From an uncultured Maribellus sp. (GTDB lineage: Bacteria > Bacteroidota > Bacteroidia > Bacteroidales > Prolixibacteraceae): DNA of 49,523 nucleotides. Numbering within the stretch: the first letter of the stretch is position 1; each line of letters begins with the position of its first letter. The notes beneath the pieces are model-generated. The model was not told the origin of the DNA. It was given only the letters and a program-made list of their open reading frames with translations, and searched no databases. Both the position numbers and the translations under genes were made by a program. Shown piece by piece: positions 49,001 through 49,523 of this stretch. The stretch lies in contig CAYWBV010000002.1 in assembly GCA_964455785.1 (NCBI GenBank), positions 1 to 49,523 of the forward strand, given 5' to 3'.

Positions 49001-49480
49001 ATTTGTTCCTTTTATTACAACCGATACACCAGGAACCGGTTCACCCGACAAATCAGTAACTACTCCGGAGACCATTTTCTGTTGTTGTGTTTCAGTTTTT
49101 GAGGCCATTCCCGAAGGCTGAATGATGATTTGCCTGTCCATGACAGAATAGGAGACCCCGTAGCCATCGAACAATTTTTCAAGTACCTGATCGAGTCGCT
49201 CATTGGTAACTTTAATATCAACTTTCCTGTCAACATCGACTAATTTGCTGTTAAATAAAAAATAAAATTCGCTTTTTGACTCGATTTCGTAAAGCACGTC
49301 TTTGACAGTAGAACTCTTCATGTCTAAACTAATCTTTGTAACCTGCGAATAGCTATTTACTGCAATTACCTGGGTCAATGAAGTCAATAGCAAAAACAAT
49401 GTGAGCCGCATAATTCTTAAAATTTTGAGGGATAAGCGTGAACAGACTTCTCCCCATTTTTTCACACAAATTTTTTTCAT
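46079..49480 (-). CDS. susC: SusC-family TonB-dependent transducer with N-terminal STN domain
   Basis: VKDVLYEIESKSEFYFLF; IDEVVVTALG; VESVSVLKGANASALYGSRAKNGVIVVTTKRG; RNDWSSTLP; FSVNINF. Confidence 0.97.
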   Translation of the reverse strand: MKKICVKKWGEVCSRLSLKILRIMRLTLFLLLTSLTQVIAVNSYSQVTKISLDMKSSTVKDVLYEIESKSEFYFLFNSKLVDVDRKVDIKVTNERLDQVLEKLFDGYGVSYSVMDRQIIIQPSGMASKTETQQQKMVSGVVTDLSGEPVPGVSVVIKGTNKGTVTDIKGTYSLSNIPEDAILQVSFIGMKSQTIPVGSKSVINIVLSTDNQSIDEVVVTALGMKREKKALGFAMQELKGESLDKPITSIAQALQGEVAGAQISSNATGPGGSTRIVLRGQTGLSAGSPLWVIDGMPVKGNTTGGGGWGGGSDTGGSINDLNLDNVESVSVLKGANASALYGSRAKNGVIVVTTKRGSSERLSVEYNGTYTWEAPYDQYDFQYEYGQGTKGVFNVTSQFSWGGKLDGSVVQHWRNKYWKDEENTEAVYSSHGDYLNQFYRTGHMYNNTVTISGGSKKLKSIVSVTDSRNTGITPRHEYNRTNINTNTNFSSKFLDVNVGINVVRATRNNIMSTGDKGAMKWLVMMPNNIDLDDLSNLVDPLTGFTVNYVSSNNRSNPFLYATKGNDTQSVRNRFIGRAEAIVKFTEYLHLTGRASIDYNVSTSSDQTTLTLASRAIYDQYYSTDQSWAEDINMDLMLNFNKRVHDFQIIANGGVSRYQPKSSGLSAKTVGGFTIPGLAILRNSAQNITASESYSTQRLNSVLGNASIGFRDYVYLELTGRNDWSSTLPKNSWSYFYPSVSMSGIFSEMFELPELISFLKGRVSWARVGSATSPYQLKNEYSIGSIPNYGTEANPNTAYPITNLKPQMMESTEGGIEIRVLKNRLGLDVTYYDAQTTNQILSVETALSSGYKTALINAGKVVSKGWEITLTGTPVQTKDWEWTNTINWGKNKSECVELVEGVNYKDMGSTRNVYVRCMPGHQFGEIVGDGYSYDENGNKLIGDNGMPIKEQLKIVGNISPDWTGSFVSSLRWKNFNLRALIDVKSGGDFLSFTDVHACYAGTSAKTLNRENGIVVDGIVKSTGEVNTTNVALQDYYTYICGSNGYYPLAEEFMRDASFIKMRQLSLAYSLPKKLYQNLPVEQIKLSFVGSNLFYFWKASDVNPEGSYSTSDEGQAFEYCSLPPTRSYGFSVNINF

Positions 49481-49523
49481 ACTTTTGTTTTGAATTAGTG
49501 TTAATAAATACGTGTTGTTTATT

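Overview
Bacteroidota chromosomal window (gene style suggests Prolixibacteraceae/Marinilabiliales; this is inference) made almost entirely of three adjacent SusC/SusD loci. (1) A + strand PUL (899-23540): hybrid two-component sensor, tandem susCD-susCD, a GH43-clan beta-propeller, an uncharacterised beta-helix protein, a GH28-like enzyme lacking one catalytic Asp, a GH28 deletion remnant, an S1 sulfatase and a DUF4038/GH140-like protein. This PUL is bracketed by two degenerate 21-bp-period arrays (344-660 and 23562-23812) sharing a 197-bp direct repeat with one mismatch. (2) A - strand ECF sigma/FecR/SusC/SusD locus (24044-35777) whose only enzymes are secreted metallo-hydrolases: two MBL-fold proteins and a metallophosphoesterase-LRR fusion, with no glycosidase. 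(3) A - strand SusC/SusD locus (36151-49480) with an alkaline-phosphatase-superfamily lipoprotein, DUF1080, GH78 rhamnosidase, a GH141-like beta-helix and an HGSNAT-like membrane protein. REP-like palindromes occur at 23813-23869 and 34921-34985. No rRNA, tRNA, CRISPR, transposase, integrase or reverse transcriptase was seen. All family calls come from motif reading by eye, not database searches.
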